DNA of 16,681 nucleotides from a virus (IMGVR_UViG_2541047909_000002), one strand, 5' to 3'; positions 7,086 to 16,681 are shown, counted from the stretch's first letter. Notes: generated by a model from the sequence alone, not told the origin. Numbers and translations: made by a program.

Positions 7086-7256
7086 TCAGGCTACAGCTTT
7101 AAGATTTGTCTGGAATACTTTGTTGCAATGAGGGCAGATCAAAAGGGCACCTTTTTGTACTCTTGAAAAACTGTGTTCTGACTCTTGGGTGCAGTTTGGG
7201 CAGGAACATTTAACGAGATAATTACGGCGTGATTTTGAGTTTTTACGTTCTGACAT
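7086..7256 (-). CDS. Small zinc-ribbon protein (56 aa, CxCPNC...CPHC)
   Basis: Minus-strand ORF MSERKNSKSRRNYLVKCSCPNCTQESEHSFSRVQKGALLICPHCNKVFQTNLKAVA with AGGA 7 nt upstream of the ATG at 7256; may correspond to a small Qin protein (ynfU-like), which I cannot verify. Confidence 0.45.
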   Translation of the reverse strand: MSERKNSKSRRNYLVKCSCPNCTQESEHSFSRVQKGALLICPHCNKVFQTNLKAVA

Positions 7257-7475
7257 AGGCTTTTCCTGTATAAATGGCCGTATACAGTACACTAAATATG
7301 AAAACATTTCTCGTATTATTATTTTATATATGACTTTCTTTCAAAATAATTACCCACATTTTTAATGTGTATGTTTTTTTAGCGCCGTTGAGAACAACGT
7401 GTGCTGTCAAAACTACCCCGTAGACTCCGATCTTTTCAAACATATTGCACCATCCGTGTACATCGGGGTGAGGAT

Positions 7476-7691
7476 ATGAAATCAATGGATAAGTTAACAA
7501 CAGGTGTTGCCTATGGCACATCGGCGGGTAATGCTGGTTTCTGGGCATTGCAGTTACTCGATAAAGTAACTCCGTCACAGTGGGCTGCAATCGGTGTGCT
7601 GGGTAGCCTGGTTTTTGGCCTGCTGACGTATCTGACAAATCTTTATTTCAAGATTAAAGAAGACAGGCGTAAGGCTGCGAGAGGAGAGTAA
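7476..7691 (+). CDS. essQ: Class II holin / pinholin, phage 21 S-like, dual-start (71 aa)
   Basis: [26 protein letters not shown]... with Met1 and Met4 dual-start motif and two hydrophobic helices; GGGGTGAGG upstream of the ATG at 7476. Confidence 0.9.
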   Translation: MKSMDKLTTGVAYGTSAGNAGFWALQLLDKVTPSQWAAIGVLGSLVFGLLTYLTNLYFKIKEDRRKAARGE

Positions 7692-7695
7692 TCCA

Positions 7696-8003
7696 ATGAC
7701 TCAAGACTATGAACTGGTTGTGAAAGGAGTCCGTAATTTTGAGAATAAAGTTACGGTAACTGTAGCCTTACAGGACAAAGAACGCTTTGACGGTGAAATT
7801 TTTGACCTGGATGTCGCCATGGACCGTGTTGAAGGAGCTGCGCTGGAGTTTTATGAGGCAGCAGCCAGAAGGAGCGTCCGGCAAGTCTTCCTGGAAGTAG
7901 CAGAAAAATTGTCAGAAAAAGTTGAGTCTTATCTGCAGCATCAGTACTCCTTTAAGATTGAAAATCCTGCCAATAAGCACGAGCGTCCTCATCATAAATA
8001 TCT

Positions 8004-8007
<4 letters not shown>
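7696..8007 (+). CDS. ydfR: YdfR, DUF1327 protein in lysis cassette (103 aa)
   Basis: 103-aa ORF tightly packed between holin and endolysin; stop overlaps the rrrQ start (ATGA). Confidence 0.8.
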
Positions 8008-9031
<1,024 letters not shown>

Positions 9032-9393
9032 GGTAATATTAAATCGGAACATTTACATCGCGGAATGTAAAATTTAAATAAAAAGGACTCTTCCATGAGC
9101 CAAAATTCCTGAAATCTTAAGGGTAAGATAAAAGGTCTTAATCAGAATGACACGTTTTATTAATAAATAAAGCTATTCTTTCATTGCTGTGTTTTTCTTT
9201 ACAAAAGTAATCCTTGCTATGGGTGGTTAATCATGCGTTAATGGTGTTCTGGTTTGTTACAAATTTATCTGAAGCAGTCATTGTTATAATTTTATTATTT
9301 GTACCTCTTGAGATTTCCTTGTTGGTTTTTCTCTCTGATATTTTTTTTCGGACCATTCTGCCCAAGGGCTAATTTCTTCAAAAGGTAATAATT

Positions 9394-9606
9394 ATGTCTA
9401 ACAAAATGACTGGTTTAGTGAAATGGTTTAACCCTGAAAAAGGTTTTGGTTTCATCACGCCGAAAGATGGCAGCAAAGATGTGTTTGTCCATTTCTCAGC
9501 AATTCAGAGCAACGATTTCAAAACATTAACTGAGAATCAGGAAGTTGAATTTGGTATTGAGAACGGACCTAAAGGTCCTGCCGCTGTTCATGTAGTGGCG
9601 CTTTGA
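9394..9606 (+). CDS. cspI: Cold-shock protein CspI (70 aa)
   Basis: 70-aa product [38 protein letters not shown]...; AT-rich upstream region of about 350 bp consistent with a cold-shock-type leader. Confidence 0.9.
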   Translation: MSNKMTGLVKWFNPEKGFGFITPKDGSKDVFVHFSAIQSNDFKTLTENQEVEFGIENGPKGPAAVHVVAL

Positions 9607-9810
9607 GGTAGACAATATTACAAACCATATTCACTTTAGATGCCCGTGTTGTCATGGTTCCCAGTATAGAACATCATCTTTTGATGTTTCTGACATGAAT
9701 CCTTTCGGGGCAAAATGTATCTTTTGTAAATCAATGATGATTACATTTGATAATATTTCACAATACTTAAATGCCAGCCGTCTGTCGTTGGATTTAAAAA
9801 AGTGAAAATG

Positions 9811-9833
9811 AAGGCTCCTTCGGGAGCTTTTTT
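9811..9833 (+). terminator. Rho-independent terminator
   Basis: Hairpin GCTCC-TTCG-GGAGC followed by TTTTTTGC. Confidence 0.5.
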
Positions 9834-9877
9834 GCTTGGTGTCTATTCGATGGATACTCACATACTACGGTAACATC

Positions 9878-10108
9878 ATGAAAAAAATCATAGTTTTTTT
9901 TAACTCTGAACCAGCAGTGGTAGTGCCAGCGATGACTGGAGTTAACACCATCATGCGTGAATATCCAAATGGCGAAAAAACACACCTTACTGTAATGGCC
10001 GCAGGGTTTCCATCTCTGACCGGAGATCATAAAGTCATTTATGTAGCCGCGGATCGACATGTTACTTCAGAAGAAATTCTGGAAGCAGCAATAAGGCTCT
10101 TGAGTTGA
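9878..10108 (+). CDS. ynfN: YnfN-like small protein (76 aa from ATG 9878; 51 aa from ATG 9953)
   Basis: The ATG at 9953 gives a 51-aa product (MREYPNGEKTHLTVMAAGFPSLTGDHKVIYVAADRHVTSEEILEAAIRLLS), the recalled K-12 YnfN length, located between cspI and gnsB; the reading frame is open from the TTG at 9836 and has an in-frame ATG at 9878, so the true start is ambiguous. Confidence 0.5.
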   Translation: MKKIIVFFNSEPAVVVPAMTGVNTIMREYPNGEKTHLTVMAAGFPSLTGDHKVIYVAADRHVTSEEILEAAIRLLS

Positions 10109-10279
10109 TTTGATGCTATTGCATTGATAATTCAGGAAAATTCTCTTTGTCTGTTTGTGTAAAATTTAGACTATCGTATGTTGATTATTGCGATGTTTCA
10201 TCTTATCTTTTACACGTTTGCACCATATAATCGACTTACTGTGTAACTGGAAAGTCATAACAGACTAAAAGAGGAAATG

Positions 10280-10453
10280 ATGAATATTGAAAACTTAAAA
10301 ACAAAAGCAGAAGCAGATATTTCTGAATATATAACAAAAAAAATTATTGAACTTAAGAAAAAGACCGGGAAAGAAGTTACCAGTATTCAGTTTACCGCAC
10401 GGGAAAAAATGACGGGTCTTGAAAGCTATGATGTCAAGATTAATTTAATCTGA
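10280..10453 (+). CDS. gnsB: GnsB, GnsA/GnsB-family small protein (57 aa)
   Basis: Not in the ORF track. ATG at 10280 with GAGGA upstream translates to MNIENLKTKAEADISEYITKKIIELKKKTGKEVTSIQFTAREKMTGLESYDVKINLI. Confidence 0.8.
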   Translation: MNIENLKTKAEADISEYITKKIIELKKKTGKEVTSIQFTAREKMTGLESYDVKINLI

Positions 10454-10480
10454 TGTATTCAATAATAAAATTTATCCATA

Positions 10481-10505
10481 AACCTCGTTTTTACGGGGTT
10501 TTGTT
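10481..10505 (+). terminator. Rho-independent terminator after gnsB
   Basis: Hairpin AACCTCGT-TTTT-ACGGGGTT (one G-U pair) followed by TTGTT. Confidence 0.45.
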
Positions 10506-10567
10506 ATATTTGAATGGTTCCGAATATCTAAATCACAATTGTTGATGGTTTTTATTAAACCAATGCA

Positions 10568-10596
10568 GTCCGGCTCAGGAGTGAGAGAAGCCGGAC
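10568..10596. terminator. Hairpin between convergent gnsB and ydfO (candidate ydfO terminator)
   Basis: Inverted repeat GTCCGGCT ... AGCCGGAC with a 13-nt loop, just downstream of the ydfO stop on the minus strand. Confidence 0.35.
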
Positions 10597-10604
10597 GTTA
10601 TGGT

Positions 10605-11015
10605 TTAGCGTGGTAAGATCTGTGTAGTTTTCTGGATGCTTTCAGTAAATAGTAATGAATTATCAAAGGTATAGTAATATCTTTTTTGTTCGTGGATATT
10701 TGTAACCCACCGAAAAACTCCTGCTTTAGCAAGGTTTCTTCTGTATTCCTGAAATGTGATCTCTCTGGATTTCAGCTTATTAGAGGTCGTTTCTATAAGA
10801 TGCCTATCCTTTGAAAATTTGACAGACACAATGTTTTTTAGGCCCTTTAATAACACTGTATTATCATTTTTTAATACAATATGAACATTCTCTGTGGCTA
10901 AATAGTAAATGTAATGTGAGACATTGTGACGTTTTAGCTCAGAATAAAACCATTGATAGTTTAAATCGTTTCGAACTTTATCAAATATTTGTTTAAAAAT
11001 GACTACCTGATCCAT
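10605..11015 (-). CDS. ydfO: YdfO, DUF1398 prophage protein (136 aa)
   Basis: Start at internal Met ([18 protein letters not shown]...) gives 136 aa, the recalled K-12 YdfO length. Confidence 0.8.
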
Positions 11016-11072
11016 AGATAAACCTTCCATGTGATATGAGGGGGCGTAGTCTGCACGATTATCTAAATTGCT

Positions 11073-11306
11073 TCAATCTGGTCTGACCTGTTTTCTGAGC
11101 AATTCAGTAATGTCACTCTTTTCTTTGTTTGCTTCAGAAGAAACTCTTTTTTCTGAGCACAGTCTCCGGCGGCAGGCTTCAATGACCCAGGCTGAGAAAT
11201 TCCCGGACCCTTTTTGCTCAAGAGCGATGTTAATTTGTTCAATCATTTGGTTAGGAAAGCGGATGTTGCGGGTTGTTGTTCTGCGGGTTCTGTTCTTCGT
11301 TGACAT
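11073..11306 (-). CDS. ynfO: Small ribbon-helix-helix-like DNA-binding protein (77 aa), YnfO-like
   Basis: 77-aa basic protein (TRNIRFPNQMIEQINIALEQKG...) resembling an Arc/MetJ-type RHH fold; position between ydfO and nohA corresponds to K-12 ynfO as I recall it. Confidence 0.55.
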   Translation of the reverse strand: MSTKNRTRRTTTRNIRFPNQMIEQINIALEQKGSGNFSAWVIEACRRRLCSEKRVSSEANKEKSDITELLRKQVRPD

Positions 11307-11360
11307 GAGGTTGCCCCGTATTCAGTGTCGCTGATTTGTATTGTCTGAAGTTGTTTTTAC

Positions 11361-11694
11361 GTTAAGTTGATGCAGATCAATTAATACGATACCTGCGTCA
11401 TAATTGATTATTTGACGTGGTTTGATGGCCTCCACGCACGTTGTGATATGTAGATGATAATCATTATCACTTTACGGGTCCTTTCCGGTGATCCGACAGG
11501 TTACGGGGCGGCGACCTCGCGGGTTTTCGCTATTTATGAAAATTTTCCGGTTTAAGGTGTTTCCGTTCTTCTTCGTCGTAACTTAATGTTTTTATTTAAA
11601 ATACCCCCTGAAAAGAAAGGAAACGACAGGTGCTGAAAGCGGGCTTTTTGGCCTTTGTCGTTTCCTTTCTCTGTTTTTGTCCGTGGAATGAACA
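11361..11694 (+). other. Lambda-type cos site: cosQ region, cosN (GGGCGGCGACCT at 11505-11516), cosB
   Basis: Near-identical to the recalled lambda genome ends: right-end sequence ...GATCCGACAGGTTACG immediately followed by the 12-nt cohesive-end sequence and the left-end cosB region leading into the Nu1 start. Confidence 0.85.
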
Positions 11695-12240
11695 ATGGAA
11701 GTCAACAAAAAGCAGCTGGCTGACATTTTCGGTGCGAGTATCCGTACCATTCAGAACTGGCAGGAACAGGGAATGCCCGTTCTGCGAGGCGGTGGCAAGG
11801 GTAATGAGGTGCTTTATGATTCTGCCGCCGTCATAAAATGGTATGCCGAAAGGGATGCTGAAATTGAGAACGAAAAGCTGCGCCGGGAAGTTGAAGAACT
11901 GCGGCAGGCCAGCGAGACAGATCTCCAGCCAGGGACTATTGAGTACGAACGCCATCGACTTACGCGTGCGCAGGCCGACGCACAGGAGCTGAAAAATGCC
12001 AGAGACTCCGCTGAAGTGGTGGAAACCGCATTCTGTACTTTCGTGCTGTCGCGGATCGCAGGTGAAATTGCCAGTATTCTCGACGGGATCCCCCTGTCGG
12101 TGCAGCGGCGTTTTCCGGAACTGGAAAACCGACATGTTGATTTCCTGAAACGGGATATCATCAAAGCCATGAACAAAGCAGCCGCGCTGGATGAACTGAT
12201 AACGGGGCGCACTTTGACGGTGACCAGAGCGGCACGGTGA
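11695..12240 (+). CDS. nohA: Terminase small subunit Nu1 homolog (181 aa), C-terminal ~12 residues replaced by a deletion junction
   Basis: Matches recalled lambda Nu1 residue for residue through ...KAMNKAAALDELI, then diverges (TGRTLTVTRAAR) where lambda continues PGLLSEYIEQSG. Confidence 0.9.
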   Translation: MEVNKKQLADIFGASIRTIQNWQEQGMPVLRGGGKGNEVLYDSAAVIKWYAERDAEIENEKLRREVEELRQASETDLQPGTIEYERHRLTRAQADAQELKNARDSAEVVETAFCTFVLSRIAGEIASILDGIPLSVQRRFPELENRHVDFLKRDIIKAMNKAAALDELITGRTLTVTRAAR

Positions 12241-12502
12241 ATGGTGTCACGCCGCCAGCAGTTCAGCACCTGACCGCAGAAGTCACCGCAGACAGCGGGG
12301 AATACCAGGTGCTGGCGCGCTGGGACACGCCGAAGGTGGTGAAGGGGGTGAGCTTTATGCTTCGCCTGACCGTGGCAGCGGACGACGGCAGTGAGCGGTT
12401 GGTCAGCACGGCCCGGACGACGGAAACCACATATCGCTTCACGCAGCTGGCGCTGGGAAATTACAGGCTGACAGTCCGGGCGGTAAATGCATGGGGACAG
12501 CC
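12203..12502 (+). pseudogene. Internal fragment of tail tip/host specificity protein J (lambda J-like)
   Basis: Frame 3 encodes ...AEVTADSGEYQVLARWDTPKVVKGVSF...[13 protein letters not shown], matching an internal segment of lambda J as recalled; no start, flanked by junctions at about 12203 and 12502. Confidence 0.7.
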
Positions 12503-12799
12503 GGTGCACATACCCATTCGATGACATTTGTTTCAGGTGGTTCCAGTGGTGCTCCGGGAAGTGGATCACCTGATTATTCTAAATACAGTGTTAACACTTC
12601 TTCTGCAGGCGCTCATACGCACTCTGTATCGGGTACTGCTGCAAGCGCAGGTGCACACGCACATACTGTCGGTATTGGTGCTCATACGCACTCCGTTGCG
12701 ATTGGTTCACATGGACATACCATCACCGTTAACGCTGCTGGTAACGCGGAAAACACCGTCAAAAACATCGCATTTAACTATATTGTGAGGCTTGCGTAA
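12503..12799 (+). pseudogene. stfQ: C-terminal fragment of side tail fibre protein Stf
   Basis: Frame 2 encodes repeated GAHTHS/GAHAHT/GSHGHT motifs and ends ...[11 protein letters not shown]; out of frame with the upstream J fragment; stop overlaps the tfaQ start. Confidence 0.7.
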
Positions 12800-13374
12800 T
12801 GGCATTCAGAATGAGTGAACAACCACGGACCATAAAAATTTATAATCTGCTGGCCGGAACTAATGAATTTATTGGTGAAGGTGACGCATATATTCCGCCT
12901 CATACAGGTCTGCCAGCAAACAGTACCGATATTGCACCGCCAGATATTCCGGCAGGCTTCGTGGCTGTTTTCAACAGTGATGAGGCATCGTGGCATCTCG
13001 TTGAAGATCATCGGGGTAAAACGGTTTATGACGTGGCATCAGGGGACGCGTTATTTATTTCTGAACTCGGTCCGTTACCGGAAAATGTTACCTGGTTATC
13101 GCCGGGAGGGGAATATCAGAAGTGGAACGGCACAGCCTGGGTGAAGGATACGGAAGCAGAAAAACTGTTCCGGATCCGGGAGGCGGAAGAAACAAAAAAC
13201 AGCCTGATGCAGATAGCCAGTGAGCATATAGCGCCGCTTCAGGATGCTGTGGATCTGGAGATCGCAACGGAGGAAGAAACCTTGTTGCTGGAAGCCTGGA
13301 AAAAGTATCGGGTGTTGCTGAACCGTGTTGATACATCAACTGCACCGGATATTGAATGGCCAGCACTGCCGTAG
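12799..13374 (+). CDS. tfaQ: Tail fibre assembly protein (191 aa)
   Basis: 191-aa ORF directly following the stf remnant (TAATG overlap); matches the recalled K-12 TfaQ length and lambdoid Tfa character. Confidence 0.85.
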   Translation: MAFRMSEQPRTIKIYNLLAGTNEFIGEGDAYIPPHTGLPANSTDIAPPDIPAGFVAVFNSDEASWHLVEDHRGKTVYDVASGDALFISELGPLPENVTWLSPGGEYQKWNGTAWVKDTEAEKLFRIREAEETKNSLMQIASEHIAPLQDAVDLEIATEEETLLLEAWKKYRVLLNRVDTSTAPDIEWPALP

Positions 13375-13471
13375 GGTAAAACATATAAATTCTATAATTA
13401 GATGTATCTCTCCATTTACGGCAAGGAAGGGGGCTTGGAAGACGTAAAGCATCTCACACCGAGATTATTTT

Positions 13472-14062
13472 TTATATGTCAGGTGTCTGAAGTTTTGCTT
13501 TGGCTCTTAAAATGGTTTGCCGCGAGGTTTTGAATTCCCGGGCAATGGCACTTATACTTACACCTGACTTAATTCGTTCGAATACCACCTGTTTCTGTTC
13601 TTCATTTAACACAGGTGGTCGACCAAAACGTTTCCCTGCGCCGCGGGCTCTTACTATCCCGGAATGAGTGCGTTCAAGTAAAAGGTCTCGTTCAAATTCA
13701 GCGACTGCTGAAATTACGTGCATCATCATTTTTCCTGTTGGACTGGTCAGGTCAATGCCCCCCAATGCTAAGCAATGCACTCTGATACCTGTTTCGGTCA
13801 GTTGTTCCACTGTTTTCCTGATATCCATTGCATTACAACCAAGGCGATCCAGTTTTGTCACAATCAATTGATCACCACATTTCAGGCGAGCAAGCAACCG
13901 GTTAAAACCAGGACGCTCACTGGTTGCTGCTGAGCCGCTAATGTGTTCTTCGATTATTTGCTGAGGTTTGATTTTAAAACCTGCACTTTCGATTTCCCGG
14001 CGTTGATTTTCGGTGGTCTGATCCAGCGTTGATATCCGACAGTAAGCAAAAATTCGAGACAT
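13472..14062 (-). CDS. pinQ: Serine recombinase, Pin-like DNA invertase family (196 aa)
   Basis: [15 protein letters not shown]... with the catalytic serine context (RIST) near the N-terminus and a C-terminal HTH; 196 aa as in K-12 PinQ/PinR. Confidence 0.9.
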   Translation of the reverse strand: MSRIFAYCRISTLDQTTENQRREIESAGFKIKPQQIIEEHISGSAATSERPGFNRLLARLKCGDQLIVTKLDRLGCNAMDIRKTVEQLTETGIRVHCLALGGIDLTSPTGKMMMHVISAVAEFERDLLLERTHSGIVRARGAGKRFGRPPVLNEEQKQVVFERIKSGVSISAIAREFKTSRQTILRAKAKLQTPDI

Positions 14063-14378
14063 AGTGAGACTCTATACGAAATTGGTGTTCATATCATAAT
14101 GCATCTCAGAAAATAATTTTGATTATTTTTGTGCATATTTGTATGTACACGTTCGAAAATAAACGAATGCGTATGCAACCCCGTAACTTTGGTGAGACCC
14201 AAAATCGATTTTGTGAAAAATGGCTTTAACTCGGTTTGTTTTTCGAGTTCCGGGCGGACTCAAGGAAGAAGAATAGTGTTGCGTGTTATTTTAACCAGAT
14301 TTCAAGTTGTTTGGTCGTGGAAAAGTGGAGCAAAATGTTGTTAAAGTGGAAAAATGATAAAAAAGTAAGTTTATTATA

Positions 14379-14612
14379 TTACATTTTACCATTTAAATTT
14401 TGGTTGTCTTTAAGAACTGATATCGCTGTTTGTAATAATTCTTTGTTATCCAGCCATGATTTTTTCTTTATGTTTCCTTCAATGTAATCAAGCAATGTTC
14501 TGGTATTGATAGGTCTTCCCTGTTTTGCTACTTCCACTACAGCATCCCCTAGGATAATTCTGACTTCAGGAAGCTGCGCAGGGAACCACTTTAGGGTGTC
14601 TTTTGATTTCAT
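14379..14612 (-). CDS. ydfK: YdfK, cold-shock-associated small protein (77 aa)
   Basis: Start at internal Met (MKSKDTLKWFPAQLPEVRI...) with AAGGA 8 nt upstream gives 77 aa, the recalled K-12 YdfK length. Confidence 0.75.
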   Translation of the reverse strand: MKSKDTLKWFPAQLPEVRIILGDAVVEVAKQGRPINTRTLLDYIEGNIKKKSWLDNKELLQTAISVLKDNQNLNGKM

Positions 14613-15397
14613 GAATATATTCCTTAAAATATTATTGATTTTCATTGCGATATTGTATGTCTGATTCAGGATATGTTGACTTATACATCGGTTTTGTCTG
14701 GGTTATTGGATATGCCAATCCCTAATTTTATTAGAGCATGACTAAAAATGCTGAATATGATAAGGAGCGAAGTGATTATCAGTATGCTGTTCATATAGCC
14801 TCGAATTAGTAATGTGTTATATATGATATAGTTGACAATTTTTATCCTGGGTGTTCTTAAAGTTCGTAGATAAACATTGTCGTTTCAGGTATACAGGAAT
14901 GCTAACAGATGGCGGCAAAAATCAGGCGGTTTATGGCGCAAGCTGAAGTGGCAACTGCAAACTATCTTATGCAGAGACTCTACACGGATTGGGTTTAAAA
15001 GTATACATAGATAACAGTTTTTATCTGAAGAAGAAAAATATCAAGGTGATATAGCCTATATGCCTTTGATGTGGAGGAATGAATGTGATGGGAGTGATGT
15101 ATCTGAATAGTTGAAAAACCGCAGACACGCCTTATGCAAGAACGTGCTGCGGTTGGCTGGTAAATTTTTCGATAGTGCGAGTATTGAATGATTTCCAGCC
15201 GTTATTGATTTTACGCGTAACTCCATGAAAAAACTACTTATCTGTTGAGGAGTTTTTTTGGGGCATATATGGGACAGAAATGGGCCCCAGATAGACACTG
15301 AGATCGAACTTAGGATGCTTTTTAAAAAATGCAACTATCTGAAAAAACCTAGAAAACGCCAAGGAAACCACAGGATGGGAAAAAACACCTGTGAATT

Positions 15398-16681
15398 ATG
15401 GATTTCCAGTTATATTCGCTCGGCGCAGCGTTAGTGTTTCATGAAATATTTTTTCCTGAATCATCAACGGCAATGGCGTTAATTCTGGCAATGGGAACCT
15501 ACGGTGCAGGTTATGTGGCGCGTATTGTCGGAGCATTTATTTTCGGCAAAATGGGCGACAGAATAGGGCGTAAAAAAGTGCTCTTTATTACCATCACCAT
15601 GATGGGGATCTGTACCACCTTAATTGGTGTGTTACCGACCTATGCACAGATTGGTGTTTTTGCACCCATCTTGCTGGTGACGTTGCGTATTATTCAGGGG
15701 TTGGGTGCAGGTGCGGAAATTTCCGGTGCCGGTACGATGCTGGCGGAATATGCGCCAAAAGGTAAGCGCGGAATTATCTCCTCATTTGTGGCTATGGGAA
15801 CTAACTGCGGAACCTTGAGCGCAACGGCAATCTGGGCCTTTATGTTCTTCATTCTCAGTAAAGAGGAACTGCTGGCGTGGGGATGGCGTATACCGTTCCT
15901 GGCGAGTGTTGTCGTGATGGTCTTTGCTATCTGGTTGCGTATGAATCTGAAAGAAAGCCCGGTCTTTGAGAAGGTTAACGACAGTAACCAACCGACAGCA
16001 AAACCTGCACCTGCTGGTAGCATGTTCCAGAGCAAATCCTTCTGGCTGGCAACAGGGCTGCGTTTTGGTCAGGCGGGTAACTCCGGGTTAATTCAGACTT
16101 TCCTTGCAGGCTATTTAGTGCAGACGTTATTGTTTAACAAAGCAATTCCAACAGATGCATTGATGATCAGTTCGATTCTCGGCTTTATGACCATTCCGTT
16201 CCTTGGTTGGTTATCCGATAAAATTGGTCGCCGGATCCCGTATATTATTATGAATACCTCCGCGATTGTGCTGGCATGGCCAATGCTTTCTATCATTGTA
16301 GATAAAAGCTATGCCCCGAGCACCATTATGGTTGCACTGATTGTGATTCATAACTGTGCGGTGCTGGGATTATTTGCTCTGGAAAACATTACCATGGCAG
16401 AAATGTTCGGCTGTAAAAACCGCTTTACCCGGATGGCTATTTCTAAAGAAATTGGTGGTCTTATCGCTTCCGGTTTTGGTCCTATCCTGGCGGGTATTTT
16501 CTGCACCATGACGGAATCCTGGTATCCGATCGCCATTATGATCATGGCATATTCAGTGATTGGTTTAATCTCTGCGCTGAAAATGCCAGAGGTGAAAGAC
16601 CGTGATTTAAGTGCGCTGGAAGACGCTGCGGAAGATCAACCGCGTGTTGTAAGAGCTGCGCAACCTTCCAGAAGTCTGTAA
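15398..16681 (+). CDS. ydfJ: MFS transporter (metabolite:H+ symporter-like), N-terminally truncated by prophage insertion (427 aa as read)
   Basis: 427-aa hydrophobic multi-helix ORF with MFS motifs (GRKKVLFITI..., WLSDKIGRR); begins inside the conserved first-helix region with an in-frame stop 2 codons upstream; matches the interrupted K-12 ydfJ. Confidence 0.8.
   Translation: MDFQLYSLGAALVFHEIFFPESSTAMALILAMGTYGAGYVARIVGAFIFGKMGDRIGRKKVLFITITMMGICTTLIGVLPTYAQIGVFAPILLVTLRIIQGLGAGAEISGAGTMLAEYAPKGKRGIISSFVAMGTNCGTLSATAIWAFMFFILSKEELLAWGWRIPFLASVVVMVFAIWLRMNLKESPVFEKVNDSNQPTAKPAPAGSMFQSKSFWLATGLRFGQAGNSGLIQTFLAGYLVQTLLFNKAIPTDALMISSILGFMTIPFLGWLSDKIGRRIPYIIMNTSAIVLAWPMLSIIVDKSYAPSTIMVALIVIHNCAVLGLFALENITMAEMFGCKNRFTRMAISKEIGGLIASGFGPILAGIFCTMTESWYPIAIMIMAYSVIGLISALKMPEVKDRDLSALEDAAEDQPRVVRAAQPSRSL

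Noticed and set aside
7324-7638. 104-aa minus-strand ORF overlapping essQ
   Set aside because: Antisense to the holin gene, which has a clear start, dual-start motif and homology.
9652-9861. 69-aa minus-strand ORF between cspI and ynfN
   Set aside because: Overlaps the plus-strand zinc-ribbon frame and the terminator hairpin; no ribosome-binding site; the plus-strand frame has the more protein-like motif.
11596-12569. Long minus-strand ORFs (179 and 251 aa) across cos, nohA and the J fragment
   Set aside because: Antisense to nohA, which matches lambda Nu1 almost exactly as recalled; Arg/Ser-rich composition typical of antisense frames.
12528-12788. 86-aa plus-strand ORF in an alternate frame of the stf fragment
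   Set aside because: Overlaps the His-repeat Stf frame, which has recognisable tail-fibre motifs; product is low-complexity.
13455-13480. Possible Pin crossover (pix) site at the pinQ 3' end
   Set aside because: Only partial resemblance to the gix/hix core (ACCGAG... versus AAACCGAGGTTT) and no inverted partner found near 12500; not reported as a feature.
15056-15334. 92-aa minus-strand ORF in the prophage boundary region
   Set aside because: No ribosome-binding site, Ser/Leu-rich low-complexity product, in non-coding-looking AT-rich DNA.
15694-16035. 113-aa and 69-aa minus-strand ORFs inside ydfJ
   Set aside because: Antisense to a clear membrane transporter frame.

Overview
This window reads as one arm of a defective lambdoid prophage of Escherichia coli, very similar to the Qin prophage of K-12, and I found no convincing undescribed system in it. 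All identifications rest on my recollection of K-12 and lambda/phage 21 proteins and on motifs read directly from the sequence; no database search was run. Left to right: flxA and ydfV (minus strand), the relB-relE-hokD toxin cluster, rem interrupted by a 1315-bp IS256-family element (IS1414-like) that carries the EAST1 enterotoxin gene astA in an alternate frame of its transposase, ydfU, the Q antiterminator quuQ with a candidate late promoter and terminator, the cold-shock paralogs cspF, cspB and cspI, a phage-21-type lysis cassette (essQ, ydfR, rrrQ, rzpQ with embedded rzoQ), ynfN, gnsB, ydfO, a ynfO-like gene, a lambda-like cos site with the Nu1 homolog nohA, deletion-scarred J and stf fragments, tfaQ, the serine recombinase pinQ, ydfK, and a 5'-truncated ydfJ transporter gene marking the prophage/chromosome junction. 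The parts least explained by known annotation are several small reading frames: two zinc-ribbon-like frames, a chain of mini-ORFs after cspB, and a 92-codon ORF abutting ydfU.
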